The notes below the pieces were generated by a model, which had not been told where the DNA came from, ran no database searches, and saw only the letters and a list, made by a program, of their open reading frames with translations. Of a stretch of DNA of 64,000 bases, positions 31,677 to 60,723 are shown piece after piece. Where the stretch lies: assembly GCA_963693365.1 (NCBI GenBank), contig CAVNZM010000012.1, forward strand, positions 3,162,001 to 3,226,000, in the 5' to 3' direction. Within the stretch, counting starts at the first letter, position 1, and the number at the start of each line of letters is the position of its first letter. The translations under genes and the position numbers were made by a program. The DNA is from Amoebidium appalachense (Eukaryota > Protista > Ichthyosporea).

Positions 31677-32837
31677 ATGTCTCTACCCAAAGTTTGTACC
31701 TTTGTTACCCTTCTCTTCGGTTATTCCACCACAATTACATCCGCCACATCCAATACACGCCGTGCAGAATGCGTTGTTTCCGCGCAGGGAAAGTGTTACA
31801 GCAACCTGGTTGACGCGGTTGCAGCTTCGTCAGATGGTGCTGTAGTGACCATCAAAACAGACATCACCGTAACCCAGGAAATACCCGTGGATAAATCCAT
31901 CACAATCAAGGGAAGTGGGCGAAAAACAGTCACGGCGAAACTTTCCTCGGGTCCCACCGCGTCAATATTCCGTGCAAAGGAGTCCGGAATACTCATAACA
32001 CTCAAAGACCTGAACTTCGTTAACCAAGGGGAATGGGGGTCTGTCATTCGTTCAACCGAACTTGGCACAGGCTCGTCACCGACCCCACCCACGGTCGGAC
32101 CCACCAACCTTGTTATGCAAAATTGCGACGTGAGTAATTTCCGTACGGGCGGGCGGGGCGGGGCGGCTGTGGCACTAGGATGGGTTGACCGTGTCTCTAT
32201 TACCAGCGTGAATTTCAAAAACAATAAAGTGGAGACGCAGGCACCTGATAGCCCCATGTACGAGGGAGGGGGTTCTATTTGGATCTTCAACGCGTACGGT
32301 CCTGTGAAGATAAGCGGGAAATTCGACGGGAACCAAAATTTATACGGGCACGGGGAGGGAGGGGCTTTTGCTCTAAATTTCCTGGAAGGAAGTGCTGATA
32401 TTTCTGGAACATTCACGAACAACCGTGCAAATGGTGGGGGTGCAATCTTCATGGGTGATATACCCGAAGGTTCAAAGGTTTCAATTTCCGGTACATTTAC
32501 GAATAACGAAGCGCAGGATAACGGTTGGATGAAGGGCGCGCGTGGTGGGGCAGCATGGTTGCAGTTTATTGCCGGCACGGTGAATATTAAAGGAACATAC
32601 AGCAACAACCTCTGTTCGGCGGGGCGCGGTGGTGCGTTTGCGAATAATCGCATCAGATCTTCGGGCGTGGTAAATTTCAGGGGGTCCTATAGTAACAACA
32701 GGGCAACCAACGGTGCGTCGGTGTGGGATACTTACTATGAGGAGTCAGGTGAATTCAACGATCATGCAGACGTTGCTAATAGTAACCCCAAGCCATGGTA
32801 TAGGTTCAAAACTAACAAGTATGCGCCCGACAACTAA
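31677..32837 (+). CDS. Secreted right-handed beta-helix (pectin-lyase-like / Pmp-repeat) protein, intronless, 386 aa
   Basis: First ATG at 31677 gives signal peptide MSLPKVCTFVTLLFGYSTTITSA. N-cap Y.NLVDAVAASSDGAVVTI...PVDKSITIKG is typical of beta-helices. Periodic GGA(A/F/I)/GGSI and (F/Y)xNNxA motifs: SGTFTNNRANGGGAIF, SGTFTNNEA...RGGAAW, KGTYSNNLC..RGGAF, RGSYSNNRA. Confidence 0.88.
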   Translation: MSLPKVCTFVTLLFGYSTTITSATSNTRRAECVVSAQGKCYSNLVDAVAASSDGAVVTIKTDITVTQEIPVDKSITIKGSGRKTVTAKLSSGPTASIFRAKESGILITLKDLNFVNQGEWGSVIRSTELGTGSSPTPPTVGPTNLVMQNCDVSNFRTGGRGGAAVALGWVDRVSITSVNFKNNKVETQAPDSPMYEGGGSIWIFNAYGPVKISGKFDGNQNLYGHGEGGAFALNFLEGSADISGTFTNNRANGGGAIFMGDIPEGSKVSISGTFTNNEAQDNGWMKGARGGAAWLQFIAGTVNIKGTYSNNLCSAGRGGAFANNRIRSSGVVNFRGSYSNNRATNGASVWDTYYEESGEFNDHADVANSNPKPWYRFKTNKYAPDN

Positions 32838-33815
32838 TGAGTTAGCCCAGGATTGTTTCGACAAGTTTTGGGCTATCTCCCGGTTCTTGATATGCCACTC
32901 AACGGGATTAATGGTCCGATTTTTACCGTTAAGTTGTTGCAAGATTTCATTAATCGAATATAAATATGTTGGATGTACTTTTCCATATATGAACGATCTT
33001 TCTTTCTTGAAGTTGGTGCCCACAACCAGCTAGACAATACATACATACCAGTAATGATTGGACGACCAAAAGTTGGCAGGGAAGAGAGATAGTTTCGTAC
33101 GGTATAATCAACAGGGATGGGCTAAATTTAAGGTTTTCCGAATTTAAATTTGTGGGGCTAGGAAATTGGAATGATGAAAAATCAAGATTTGTTCCTTTTG
33201 TCCGTTTGGGCTAGCTAGCGGTGTCTGGAAGATAGATTCTAGCTGGCTACAGCCGAAATTCATGTAATCTTGAACACAGCCTACCTCCTGTAACAATGAT
33301 TTTGGGGATTTTCTTTAACGTGCCTACTGTAGCTCTTGTGCAAGCTTCACTTTTCCCTGGTTTGCATGTTTTATGTTTGACTCTCGACTCAATCTATCTC
33401 AAGGCACTATAAATAACGACGACCAAGCTCAATATCACTCTTGTGTAGAGTTATAGTGCCTGTTTAACCGTTTTTAAATGATTGCATAAAAATATCCACC
33501 AACCTTTCACTCATGATGTTTACCGGGCATAGTATCTACGTGCAGTGATAAGGGGACCACTGTGACGTCTTTCTATGAAATGTAAGGGAATAAAAGATTT
33601 CCATAAAATAACAATACTGGTGCATCACTGAACTGAATGTGGGCCCTCCTCACGTTTTTTTGTTGTTGTGGGGGGCCCGGGGGGAGAGGGGGAAAGAGAG
33701 AAAGGGGGGGGGGGGGGGGGGGGGGGGGGGGAGGGGGAGGGAGGGAGAAGGTGGGGGGGGGAACTCGTTCCACCTTTTCAATGTCTATCTGGAGTCGATC
33801 CCCCCCCCCTCTCCC

Positions 33816-33846
<31 letters not shown>

Positions 33847-33953
33847 AAGGCTACTCTCCTTCTCTCCGCCCCCTTATCTCTCTCCTTCCCCGTGCCCTGC
33901 CATGTATGATTCCCATCTCAGTACCGGGCTCACTGCGTACTCAAACCCCCCAG

Positions 33954-34007
<54 letters not shown>

Positions 34008-34016
34008 GAAAAAAAA

Positions 34017-34052
<36 letters not shown>

Positions 34053-34898
34053 TAGAAAAAAGGAAAAGAGAAAAGAGAAAAATGAAAAAAGCTTTTAAAA
34101 AAAGAAACGACAAAGGCGCTGAGCCGAGCAGCCCATCGATCCCTTCGAGCTCCCTCTTCCCCGCCTTCCCCCTCCTGTCGAAAACACAAAAACACACACA
34201 TACACACACACAAACATCCCTAGTTTCTCTCCACACCCCCCCCCCCCCCCCCCCCCTCTCCCGCCCCCAAAGCCCCCAAGCCCCTCCCCCCTCCCCCTCC
34301 CCCCCCCCCGTCCGGCACCCCTTTCCCCTCCCATTACTTCTTTTTTAGACAACCCTCCCCTGTTTCCAAACCTCTCAGGCTGTCTGTTTAGCTCGTCGCC
34401 GTCATACTGGCACACACCTATTTCCACGAACAGCAAGCCATTGGAAAAAACAGAATCGTAATAGCAGCGACAGATCGTTACACGTGTTACACGCACAACA
34501 GATATTAACACACCGTCGTTTCTTTTTAAAATTGTTGTTGTGGAGGTGGTGGTGGGAGGGGGAAGCTTAAGGGGGGGAGGGAGAGGGGGGGGGGGGGGGG
34601 GGACACGTTGATTCCCACCACCCACTAAAGGGCTGCCATTTTTTCTCCCCTCAACCCTGCCCCTGGCCATGAATCAATGAAAGCAGGTACCGGTAGGGAT
34701 ACAAATAAACGGGGTAATGTTCGTCCCAGCAAAGGACGGTCACCCCCATCCCCCCCCCTCCCCCCCCCCCCTCTCCCCTCCACCCCTCCCCCCGCCCTCC
34801 CCCTCTCCCCCCCCCCTCCCCACCCCCCCTACCGCCACCTGGCGGAACCGAAGAACCACACACACACACACAAAAAAACAAAACATGCATACACATGC

Positions 34899-34988
<90 letters not shown>

Positions 34989-35495
34989 CCCCCCCCCCCC
35001 CCCCCCCCCCCCCCATTTGCTCGGGAATGAAGGATTTTGTAGGGGGAATGCAAGCCTGGTTTCGTTTGCCGTGGACCATTGCAACGGGGAAAAATCGGAC
35101 AAATTATAAAAGCGTAATGAACCAGATGATTCCCTAGCACATTGTCGCCAGAATCTTAGACTCTATGATAGCACATCGAAACCCGCATAATTGAATCATC
35201 TATAAATTTATACGAGCATATAATAACCTGAAGACTGCGAAACTCTCCCAGGGGAAAAAAATGTCCGTTGCACTGAGTTAGCTGGGGCATGTGATTGGGG
35301 AAGGGGGCTTGCCAATGGGGAAGAGGGGGGAGGGAAGGGGGGGAAGAGGGGGGGGGGGGGGAGGGGGAAGGGGGAGGGGGGGGAGGGGGGGGGGGGGGAG
35401 TTAGGAGAGGGAGGGCCGGGTACTTACAGGTGTGCACGTTGGTGGGTGGCCACGGGTGTCATTGTGTTGGTGTGTGTGCATCTGTCTGTGTGAAC

Positions 35496-35578
<83 letters not shown>

Positions 35579-35853
35579 AACTAGTGCGTGCACTAGCGTG
35601 TGAGTGTGTTTGACAATGTGTGTGTGTGTGCATGTTTGTGCATGCATGCATGTATATGTGTGTGTGTGTGTATGTGTGCATATCGTCTGTACATGCCACA
35701 AGAGTGTGGTGCGTGCGTACGCAAGTTTTCGGCATGTACATGTGTACATCCTGTGTGCATGCATGTCTGTGTCTGTGTGTTTCTGTGTTTAAAAAATTGG
35801 TGCAGGTAGTGGTGTTGGCGATGGCGGTGGAGGCGGCGGTGGTGATGATGTGT

Positions 35854-35884
<31 letters not shown>

Positions 35885-37110
35885 GGGGGGGGGTTGCCTG
35901 TTGAGCCTCGGCAGCTAGAAACATACTATGACGGTGGGCCGGCGGCCGGCGGCGGAAGGGCGGGGGAGGGGGGGGGGGGGGGGGGGTGGAGGGGTCGTTC
36001 TTTATCTGGGTATATGAAAGCAGCACGTGTACATACATGTTTATCATGCAGTACTACTAATTAGGCACTTGTCTGCATGGCAAGGTGAACAAATAATGGT
36101 AAATCTTCGATGGTAATTCTGATAGTGACCGTCCACACTACTCATAAGTTGATAAATTTCTAAAAACTTTTTAAGTAGACATGAAGCAGGGTTGCGTGCC
36201 ACACATGTTGGGATTCAAGTGTAAAAACGAGCGGATTAGCTATATTTGGTAACAGGATCGAGCTGGGCAAAAAAAAAAAAATTGTGCAGCTAGATAGGGA
36301 TGTATACTGGAACACTGCATGTTCCTCACGTATTTGAAAATCCAGCAACATGCATTTGGATATACCCGTATATCCCGATGTTACCGTAAAAGAGTAGCAC
36401 GTTTTCATTCTCCCCCCCCCCCCCCCCCCCATATTTACTATGTGGACCCCTGGGTACCGATTGACTTATATTTATGTAGGCTATCCGAATATCCACATAA
36501 AACAAAAATATATCCAAAAAGAGCGTAAGTGCTAAGGTGAAAAGAACCGTGCAGTAAAACATAATAAAATTCTCATCCGTGTGCCTAGTTGTAAAGGTCG
36601 CATTTAGCAAAAACAGCCGCCAAGCAAGTAAACCATATCAGGCACAAATGACCCACATATTCTATCAAAGAAAACTGTTATGCAAAGAAAACCGTTAAAC
36701 ACCAGTGCTGTTCCTGCAGCTAATACTACATGTGGGATATAAAACTGTATATCTGAAACTATCTTCCAGATACTAAAAGCACGTTTTTTTTTAAAGCTAA
36801 AGGAAACAGGTGACAATTGCTATGTAGTGGATAGAACATATCCAATGTTCACACACACACACACACAAGATAAAAACAAATTAAGGATCATGCAATACTG
36901 GCTAAAAATTGGATAGATACACGAAAATTTGAAGAGAACTAAGTAAATGAGGATACCCCTCCCCCTCCCCAAACACACACACACATACGCACACACACAC
37001 ACACACAGACACACCAAATAACAATCTTACATAGGCTTCGGCCAATATAACTGCAAACAGATGGAACAAAACTAAACAGTAAACCTTGCAAACAAAACAA
37101 CAAAACAAAA

Positions 37111-40030
37111 TCACACTGATTCTGTGGTGCCCACCGGGCTATACCCCGACACCTTCTTCACCATCACCTCCGCCCCCGGCACCGACCCAGTCTCCACCGT
37201 ACACATCTCCTCCTCCGAATCCTCCTCCCCATCGCTCCCATCTTCGTGATCGAGGAAATTGCTGTATGTTTCCGCCTGAACCGGCTTGTACACGCGGCCG
37301 CGCCGGCGGCAACAACACACGACGAGCGAAATTACAATCGCAATAATGATCGCAGCGGCGCACCCGGCCCCGATCATCGCCGGCATAGGATTCTCCTTGA
37401 TCATATCCTGGGCCGTGGAGATCTTATCGGTCAGAACCTTACCGATGTCGTTCATTACAGAACCGGGCGTGGGGGTGTTGGCGGGGGGTTGGTTGGCGGC
37501 GGGGGGTTCCGAGCAAGGTCCCTCGTGTGCAAGGGTGAGGTGCGCGGATCCGGTCTTTTCGGCGATGCACACGGCATAACGGAACATACACGGGTTTGGG
37601 TAGGTTATCCCGTCGCTTGCGCACATGGGGCGATACTCCTTGGTGCAGATGGGAGAACACTCGTGGTCTGTCGGTTCGGTGGGTGCAGGGGTAGAGGTAG
37701 GCGTGGGCATAGGGGACGCGGATTCGCACTCTCCCTCGTGCGCGAATTTGAGGGATTTGTCGCGGCATGCGGCGGCTTTGAACATGCACTTGTTCCCGTA
37801 CGTGCGCCTGTCCGACCCGCAGACAGGCATGTACTCCATCGTGCACACCTCTGGACACTCCTTCTCCGTGTCGACGGAAGGGAGGGGAATCGCGTCGCAC
37901 GCTCCCTGGCGAGTAACGACGATGTTTGCGGATTTGTCTTGGCACGCCGCAACCGCCAACTTGCACACGTTGCTGTATGTTTTTCCGTCGCTACCACACA
38001 CGGGGGCATAATCCATCGGGCAGAACGTCTCGCACTCCTCCTTGGAAGAGAAGGATGGCGATGGGAGGGTGTTCATTTTGTCGCAGCTCATTGACGCTTT
38101 AACCGTTAGTGTGATCTTCTGCTCACATGCTTGCTGTCTCATCACGCAGTCGTTGGAGTATGTCTTTCCGTCGCTAGCGCACACGGGCGCGAAAATGCGC
38201 GGGCACGGAAGGAAGCATCTGTCGGAAACAATGGTCGGCATGTCGACGATTGGCGATGGCGTCGCAGATGCGGAAGCGGGACCTGTGGCGCATGAACCTT
38301 GATGTTCGACCATGAGATCCTGCCCGGTCTCACATGCGGCGGTGCGCATGAGGCATTCGTTGGTGTATGTTTTACCGTTGTCCGCACACACTGGCATGTA
38401 GATGCGCGGGCAGGGAATGAAGCACTTTCCAATACCCACCGCAGGCTCTTCGGCTGGTGGCTCGCTCTTGGCTGCTGGAGATGATGGGCTCGCGGGAGTG
38501 GCGGATGGGGTGATGACACGTGCGTGTGGATCGTCGCAATCACCCTCACGGGCAACCGTGATGGCTATGTTCTGTTCGCATGAATGTCGTCTCATTTCAC
38601 ACTCGTTGCCATACGTCTTGCCGTCGCTACCACACACAGGCATGAAGATGCGCGGACATGGGATGAAGCACTTTTCCTTGTCCTCGTGTTTTTCTTCCCC
38701 GCCAACACCATTCACCATACCCCCACCCATCATACTATTACCTCCTTCTCCGCCCTCGTGTCTCTCTTCGTCGGTTGTGCCACTCATCATCCCCCCACCC
38801 ATCATATTACCACTGCTGCCCCCACCCATCATACTATCACTACTCCCCTCACCCATCAATCCACTCTTGGAACCGCCCATCATGTCACCTTTACTACCCC
38901 CCATCACTGCGTCATCTTCCATGACAATCTCGGCACCGTTAGCTTCCATTTCTCCCGTCAATTCTTCCGGTGTGAAAACATGAGTGATGGGACCGTTTGT
39001 TTTCGCCGTCTGGGCCACGGCCTGTGACGCAGCTGTCGTCATTCCCTCTTCCATCTCCTTAACCTCCTTCATGGCTTCCTGGAAAACCTCGCCGATTTCG
39101 GGTGCAGCAGGTTCTGTGAAACAATGTAACGAGTAAGAAAAACGGTGCCTTTACAATTTGTTATATGACAGCCAGCTAGCGGTTATGGCACCCATCCGTC
39201 CCCAACAATTTTGCATACCAAACACAAAGGGTGACATGACCCAAACAGGCAGCTTCGGCACCAATGTGTTTTCGAAAAGCCAGTGTGTACTTTAGTTGTG
39301 CGGAAGAAACAGCGCGCGCATCAGGAAAAGTGAGAGAAAAATATACCGCACATTCCCCCCTCAAGTGAGAGAGGCCAACCCAAAAATGACGGTCAATTTA
39401 TCGTCTCCCGACGCACAGAGGCAAGAAGGAAAAGAGCAAAAATATTCTCTCCGGCCGGGAATCGAACCCGGGTCTTCCGCGTGACAGGCGGAGATACTAA
39501 CCACTATACTACCGAAGACGGTTGAGGGGGCCGACAATAGCAGAGACACAAACATTAAATGCAAACAAATGGATGATGATTATTCCTGTTGCCTGAGCCG
39601 ACACATTCCGCACCAAGGGCCCTTTGCAGCCATAACGTTGCAACACACTCACAGCTACCCCGCGAATTCAAAACGCCACTGCCCGCTGGTTGACGAAAAG
39701 TTTTCGTTACGTGCCGAGAAAGAAAAAAACGAGCAAGGATCGAGCCAATATTGCTTACGGAAAGCTATCAAGAGAGAACGAAGAACCAATAAGAGAATGA
39801 AGACATAAGAATCCACCAGTGAAAGTGTTATGAGGCTTCATACCTTTCTGAAGGAAGTTTTCCATGTTCTGCATCACGTTCTCAAGTTCTCCCTCCTCCA
39901 CCGGGGCCTCCTCCTCTAACTCATCTCCTGCGAATATGCCAAGTCCGCTAACAGGAACGGTATCGGCAGCAACCACGTGATTTACTACAGCCGATAGGGT
40001 TGCAAACCCTACGAACACAACTGGCTTCAT
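37111..40030 (-). CDS. Membrane-anchored six-domain Kazal serine-protease-inhibitor protein (exons 40030-39844, 39113-37111; ~729 aa)
   Basis: Signal peptide [21 protein letters not shown]. Phase-1 intron AAAG|gtatg...ttcacag|AA. Met/Gly-rich segment, then six C-x3-C-x7-C..DG.TY.N.C-x6-C...C Kazal repeats with P/S/T linkers, [23 protein letters not shown] plus CCCRRR, and an acidic tail. Confidence 0.92.
39447..39518 (-). tRNA. trnD: tRNA-Asp (GTC)
   Basis: Reverse complement TCTTCGGTAGTATAGTGGTTAGTATCTCCGCCTGTCACGCGGAAGACCCGGGTTCGATTCCCGGCCGGAGAG, 72 nt. Acceptor stem TCTTCGG/CCGGAGA, G discriminator, GTC anticodon, GTTCGA T-loop, no encoded CCA, followed by a T5 Pol III terminator. Confidence 0.96.
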
Positions 40031-42183
40031 TCTAATAGATTTCAGGGGAAAAAATCTACATAAGAATTTGCGCTTGAACCTCTGAGGAAAGGAAAAGCTT
40101 AAATCCTTTTCCTACTGCTGCTTGATGCGAAGTCTGTATTCAAGCCTTGCCTTTAGCACAAGCTGGCTACGGCTACTAGTGTCTCGCCTATCAAAGTGCT
40201 CTTGAAATCACTGTATAGCGACTCACGATCTTACGGATCGATTGGTAACAGTGGTAACACAGTTTCACAGCCCCATTACAGCTTCCACCAAGGGAATAGA
40301 TGATGGCAGACTGCAGACTCTAGTGCGCTGACCAGATATCGAATGCGAAAAATATAGAGCCCTGGATACTAGAACTGGCTCCTGAGGTATTCTGCAAAAT
40401 TTGTTAATAAACCCCAAGTGTACGGACAATATGAGGGGTTACGATAGACATTATAAAAGAAAAAGAAAACTTAAACAAATATACGGTTTACATTCTATTC
40501 TTCTAATTGCCGATCAAGCCCGAAAATTCGGATTTTTCTTGGTATGTTTTCAAGCCCCGGAGTATTTTTGCCTGGGTGGGGTGTATGGTATTTTTCATCC
40601 CAGTCAAAGGGGGATGAAGGGGGGTTCCTATTGTAGCTTACCATGAAACTTTTTTTCTTTTGACTCGGGTTTACATGAAACTTTTTTTTCTTCTCTTGAC
40701 TGGGATTTATTGATCAGTGGTCCAGTGGATATGAAGGCTTGCGGAGGCTTACCATAAACTGAAAAATTGATGGTATTTTCTTTTTTTTTTTTTTTTTTTT
40801 TTCTCGAAAAGTTTAGGGGATTTTTTACCGTAAAAACGGGGTTATGGTTGGGCCTGTAAATGCCGATTCAAATTATCCTATGCATTCCTGTCGAACTGGG
40901 CGATTCGCACAAGTTTGCAAATGTATCGAAACTGCATTCATTGTTACAATTTCAAGGAAAGCTATTTTTATCAAAGTTTACATAGAATGATTCTATAATA
41001 TATGATGATAGAATATTAACATGACCATTGGCCGTACTTAACAAAGATCTGCACATAGCCATGCGCTATACCGATTACCGTAAAAGTGTCCTACATGTCC
41101 TATGTGTGCTTTCTTTTACACCTCTTCAGCGAGGCTTGTTTCATGTCACCCTTTGATTGGTAGAATTTATACCGGCAGATTAAGTAGCATGGGGTTTCCA
41201 CATCTACCAATTTTCAAACTTCATTTAACAACTCTTAGTATGTAAATTGAAATTCAAAAAGGGGGATCACAACTACTTTGGAGAGCAAGGGGGCTTGCTG
41301 CCGGCTGGGTTCGAAGTTTGAGTTTGCAAATGTCGAGATCTGCCTCACGATCGCACTCGGATGTTGCTCGATCAATACGGCGTTTTTTTTAAGGGGGTGG
41401 GCAACCATTCAACGCAAAAGAACACACTATTAGTTCCTGATCAGAGCACGATACATAGAGCAGCATATATATGCACCTAGAGTTCCTGAATGTGTCTGCC
41501 TGATTGCAGTGGGACAGCTTGAGGTTCGAACAGCGTGTTTAAACGGCAAGTGCTGGAGACAGAAGGTGCCTCCCTCCAGCCGCCACCTTCCCTCCCCCCC
41601 CCCCCCCCCCCCAACCCCCACCCCCACCCTCTTACCCCCGCCTCGCTTCCCCCTATTCCCAACCCCCCCCCCCCCCCCCCCCCGCCTCCCCCCTCTTGGA
41701 TCCCCTCCGATCCCCGAATCCCCCAAACCAATCCTTACTGTCCTCTACTCCCTCCCCAAGTGCAGCAAGCCCAGTTTTGCTCATGCCATGAGGTTCCAGA
41801 GAGATCTCTCGTATGCAAGCGCCAACTGGCTTTTGGCGAACTGGCTCTTGGCATTTCAAATCCATAAAAGGAGCAACTGCCCCTCCCCCGCCTCCCCCCC
41901 CCCCCCCCCGTCCCTCCCCACCAACCGCCGCTGTTTCTAGCCTTCTTCCTTATCTTCCAAATGTTCCTCGGGGTTTTGGCTTCCCATCTGGTATTCAGCC
42001 CCTGGTGTAAACATGGTTGCCCACCGATTCCTTTGAATTCCGAAGCCCTCCCACCTCTTTTTCCCAACGGCCTTCCCCCCCCCCCCCCCCCCCCCCTCCC
42101 CCCCCCTCTTCCCCCAATTCTCCTCCCGTGAGCTCCCTCCTTCCTCTGACCACCCCCTGACCTTCCCCTCTGACCCCCACTCC

Positions 42184-42216
<33 letters not shown>

Positions 42217-43151
42217 CCCCCACCCCCCGCCACCACCACCACCCTCCTCCTTGATGCATCCCCCTCCCTCACCCTTCCCCCCCCCCCCCCCCCCCCCCCC
42301 CCGCCCCCCCCCCGCGGCCACGCTCTGCCTCCTGACGAGCGCACACACGTGAACTCTTCGACCATTTCCTTTCACCCTCTTTTGTGTTCCCTTTCTGGCT
42401 GCGCTGCCCCCTTCCTTCTCCCTCTCCCTCTTATAAAAGCGCATTCACCACCCTACACAAACCTACACGCACAGCCACCCACACACCCACACCATACCCA
42501 CACTCGACCACCAACCCAAACCCACCCAAACTCATCAACACCACCCACCCCGACCCATGCCAACACCACACAGCCACACACACAGACACACACACAGCTA
42601 CGCTTATAGAGGCCAAAACATCTGCTATGAGTGGATCAGGGTCGGAAAAATCCCCACCAAGCGTCGCTGGGTGGGGGACATAGGCTTTCACTGGGAGGGG
42701 AGAATGGTGGTGGGTTGCTACCCTACTGTAATAAGGTGGGTGATGGCTGGTTGCTTTTGATTTGGAAATGCAAACACGGTATAGGTATTCGAGTGACTGG
42801 GTGGGTGATGTGTGGGTACGGGGAAGGCCAACTGCTGTTTATGTATCCACCGCCCTTTTGCAAAAGGAAAGTGGCGAGAAGGGTTGGGTGTAGAGGTGAG
42901 CAGGGGGAGGGGGGGGGGGGGAGGAGGGTGAGGTGAAGGGGGGGAGGGGGTAGAGGCAAAGGGGGAAAGGGTGGGGGGAGGGGTTCCTTGCTTCTATCCA
43001 TAACTTTTTCTCCTTACGCCCACTTGGCAGTGTCCTGTTGACTCTGCCCAGCAACCCCCCCCCCCCCCCCCCCCCCCCCCCCACCAACACCTCTTCCTCC
43101 TCCGCCCATCCACCCCTCCCTGCCTCTTTTTTTACCCCCCCTGTCCCATCA

Positions 43152-43193
<42 letters not shown>

Positions 43194-43409
43194 CCCCGTC
43201 CCATCGTTTCTCTTAAATATCCTGGTTTCATGTTTGAGTTCCTCTGATGTCCCCGCTCCTTCCTCCCCCCCCCCCCCCCCCCCCCCCCCTCCCCCTCCCC
43301 CCTCTCCCCCCCCCCGGACCTCCCCCCAGCCAGCCCCTCCCCCTTTCCGTTTTTCCGCAGTTTCCTAAAGCGTCTGTTAAAGAAGACGGGGGGGGGGGGG
43401 GGGAGGGGA

Positions 43410-43442
<33 letters not shown>

Positions 43443-43779
43443 GGGGGGGGCATTGTTCATATTTTTGCTTGGGTGAGAGGGATTGAGTTTTTGTTGTGTG
43501 TCCACGTAAGTCCTTTGTTTTCCCTTTCAAGGAATGAACAAGGCAGTGCCTTCTGAATAGTTAATAAGGTTAAAAACGAGGTAGTTAAGTGGGAGTGAAG
43601 TAGGAAGAACAGCGGCCGTTTCCCTTCGGATCAATATTTGTTTCCTTGAAATAAGAACATAAAGGGCCAGCCGAGCATACACACATTCAATGACTACAAA
43701 TAAAAATCTAATCTTTGATCATACTCTCAGTACGCCTTTTCCCGCGTTTTCCCCACAATCCCCCCCCTGGGTTTTATCC

Positions 43780-44150
43780 CCCTTCTTGATTTTTTGCCTG
43801 GTTATAACCCCCTCTTATAAATTTATCTAATTATAATCGACTTCCGTAGTTTTTTTTTTGGTTTACCCCCCCTCTCTACATTAAATTTATCCTGTTTTAA
43901 TCCTTCATTGATATCAAGTTTTGCTTGTTTCTATCACTCGTTAGTGTCCGGTTTTGTCTTAATTTTTCCCCTTGTTATATCAATATTGTGTTATATTTTC
44001 TCCTCTTAGTCCCCTTTTGCAGTTTTTCTTGTCTTAACCCTCTCTTTATAAAGTTTTTCTTGGTTTGACCCTTTGTTGATATCAAGTTTTTTCTTGTTTT
44101 AACCCTCTCTTCATCTCAAGTTTTTTCTTGTTTTAACCCTCTCTGGTATC
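43780..44150. repeat. Degenerate ~33-bp pyrimidine-rich minisatellite directly upstream of the phosphatase ATG
   Basis: Units like aaccctctcttcatctcaagttttttcttgtttt; the best 3-4 copies lie at ~44036-44150 and are progressively more diverged leftwards. Confidence 0.65.
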
Positions 44151-44158
44151 AGGATGGC

Positions 44159-60380
<16,222 letters not shown>

Positions 60381-60666
60381 ATCTCTCTCGAACCCCCCCC
60401 CCCCCCCCTCCCCCCCCCTCCCCCCCGGTGCACGTGTGCATGCACGCGCTCCCTCCCTCTCTCCTTCCGCATACCCCTTTATTTGCCATCCTTCTCTTAT
60501 CCCCCCCCCCCCACACACACACACACACATTCACACACACACACACAACACATGTGATTGTTCTGTGTGCTTGGATTTCTACTTATAAACAACCTCCGCA
60601 CCTCTTTGGCCATTATATTGCCTTGATGCAAAGCATGGGTTGGGAGCCAGGTGAACGAGGGTTTAG

Positions 60667-60723
<57 letters not shown>

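Noticed and set aside
34093-34531. Short inverted match ttttaaaaa(aa)gaaacgac as possible MITE termini
   Set aside because: Low complexity, imperfect, no target-site duplication evident.
37111-37125. C-terminal TESV of the Kazal protein as a class I PDZ ligand
   Set aside because: Position -2 is Glu rather than Ser/Thr, so it does not fit class I; too weak to claim.
43780-44150. CRISPR-like periodicity in the ~33-bp repeat (and in 61990-62300)
   Set aside because: Head-to-tail degenerate units without unique spacers, eukaryotic context, no cas genes.
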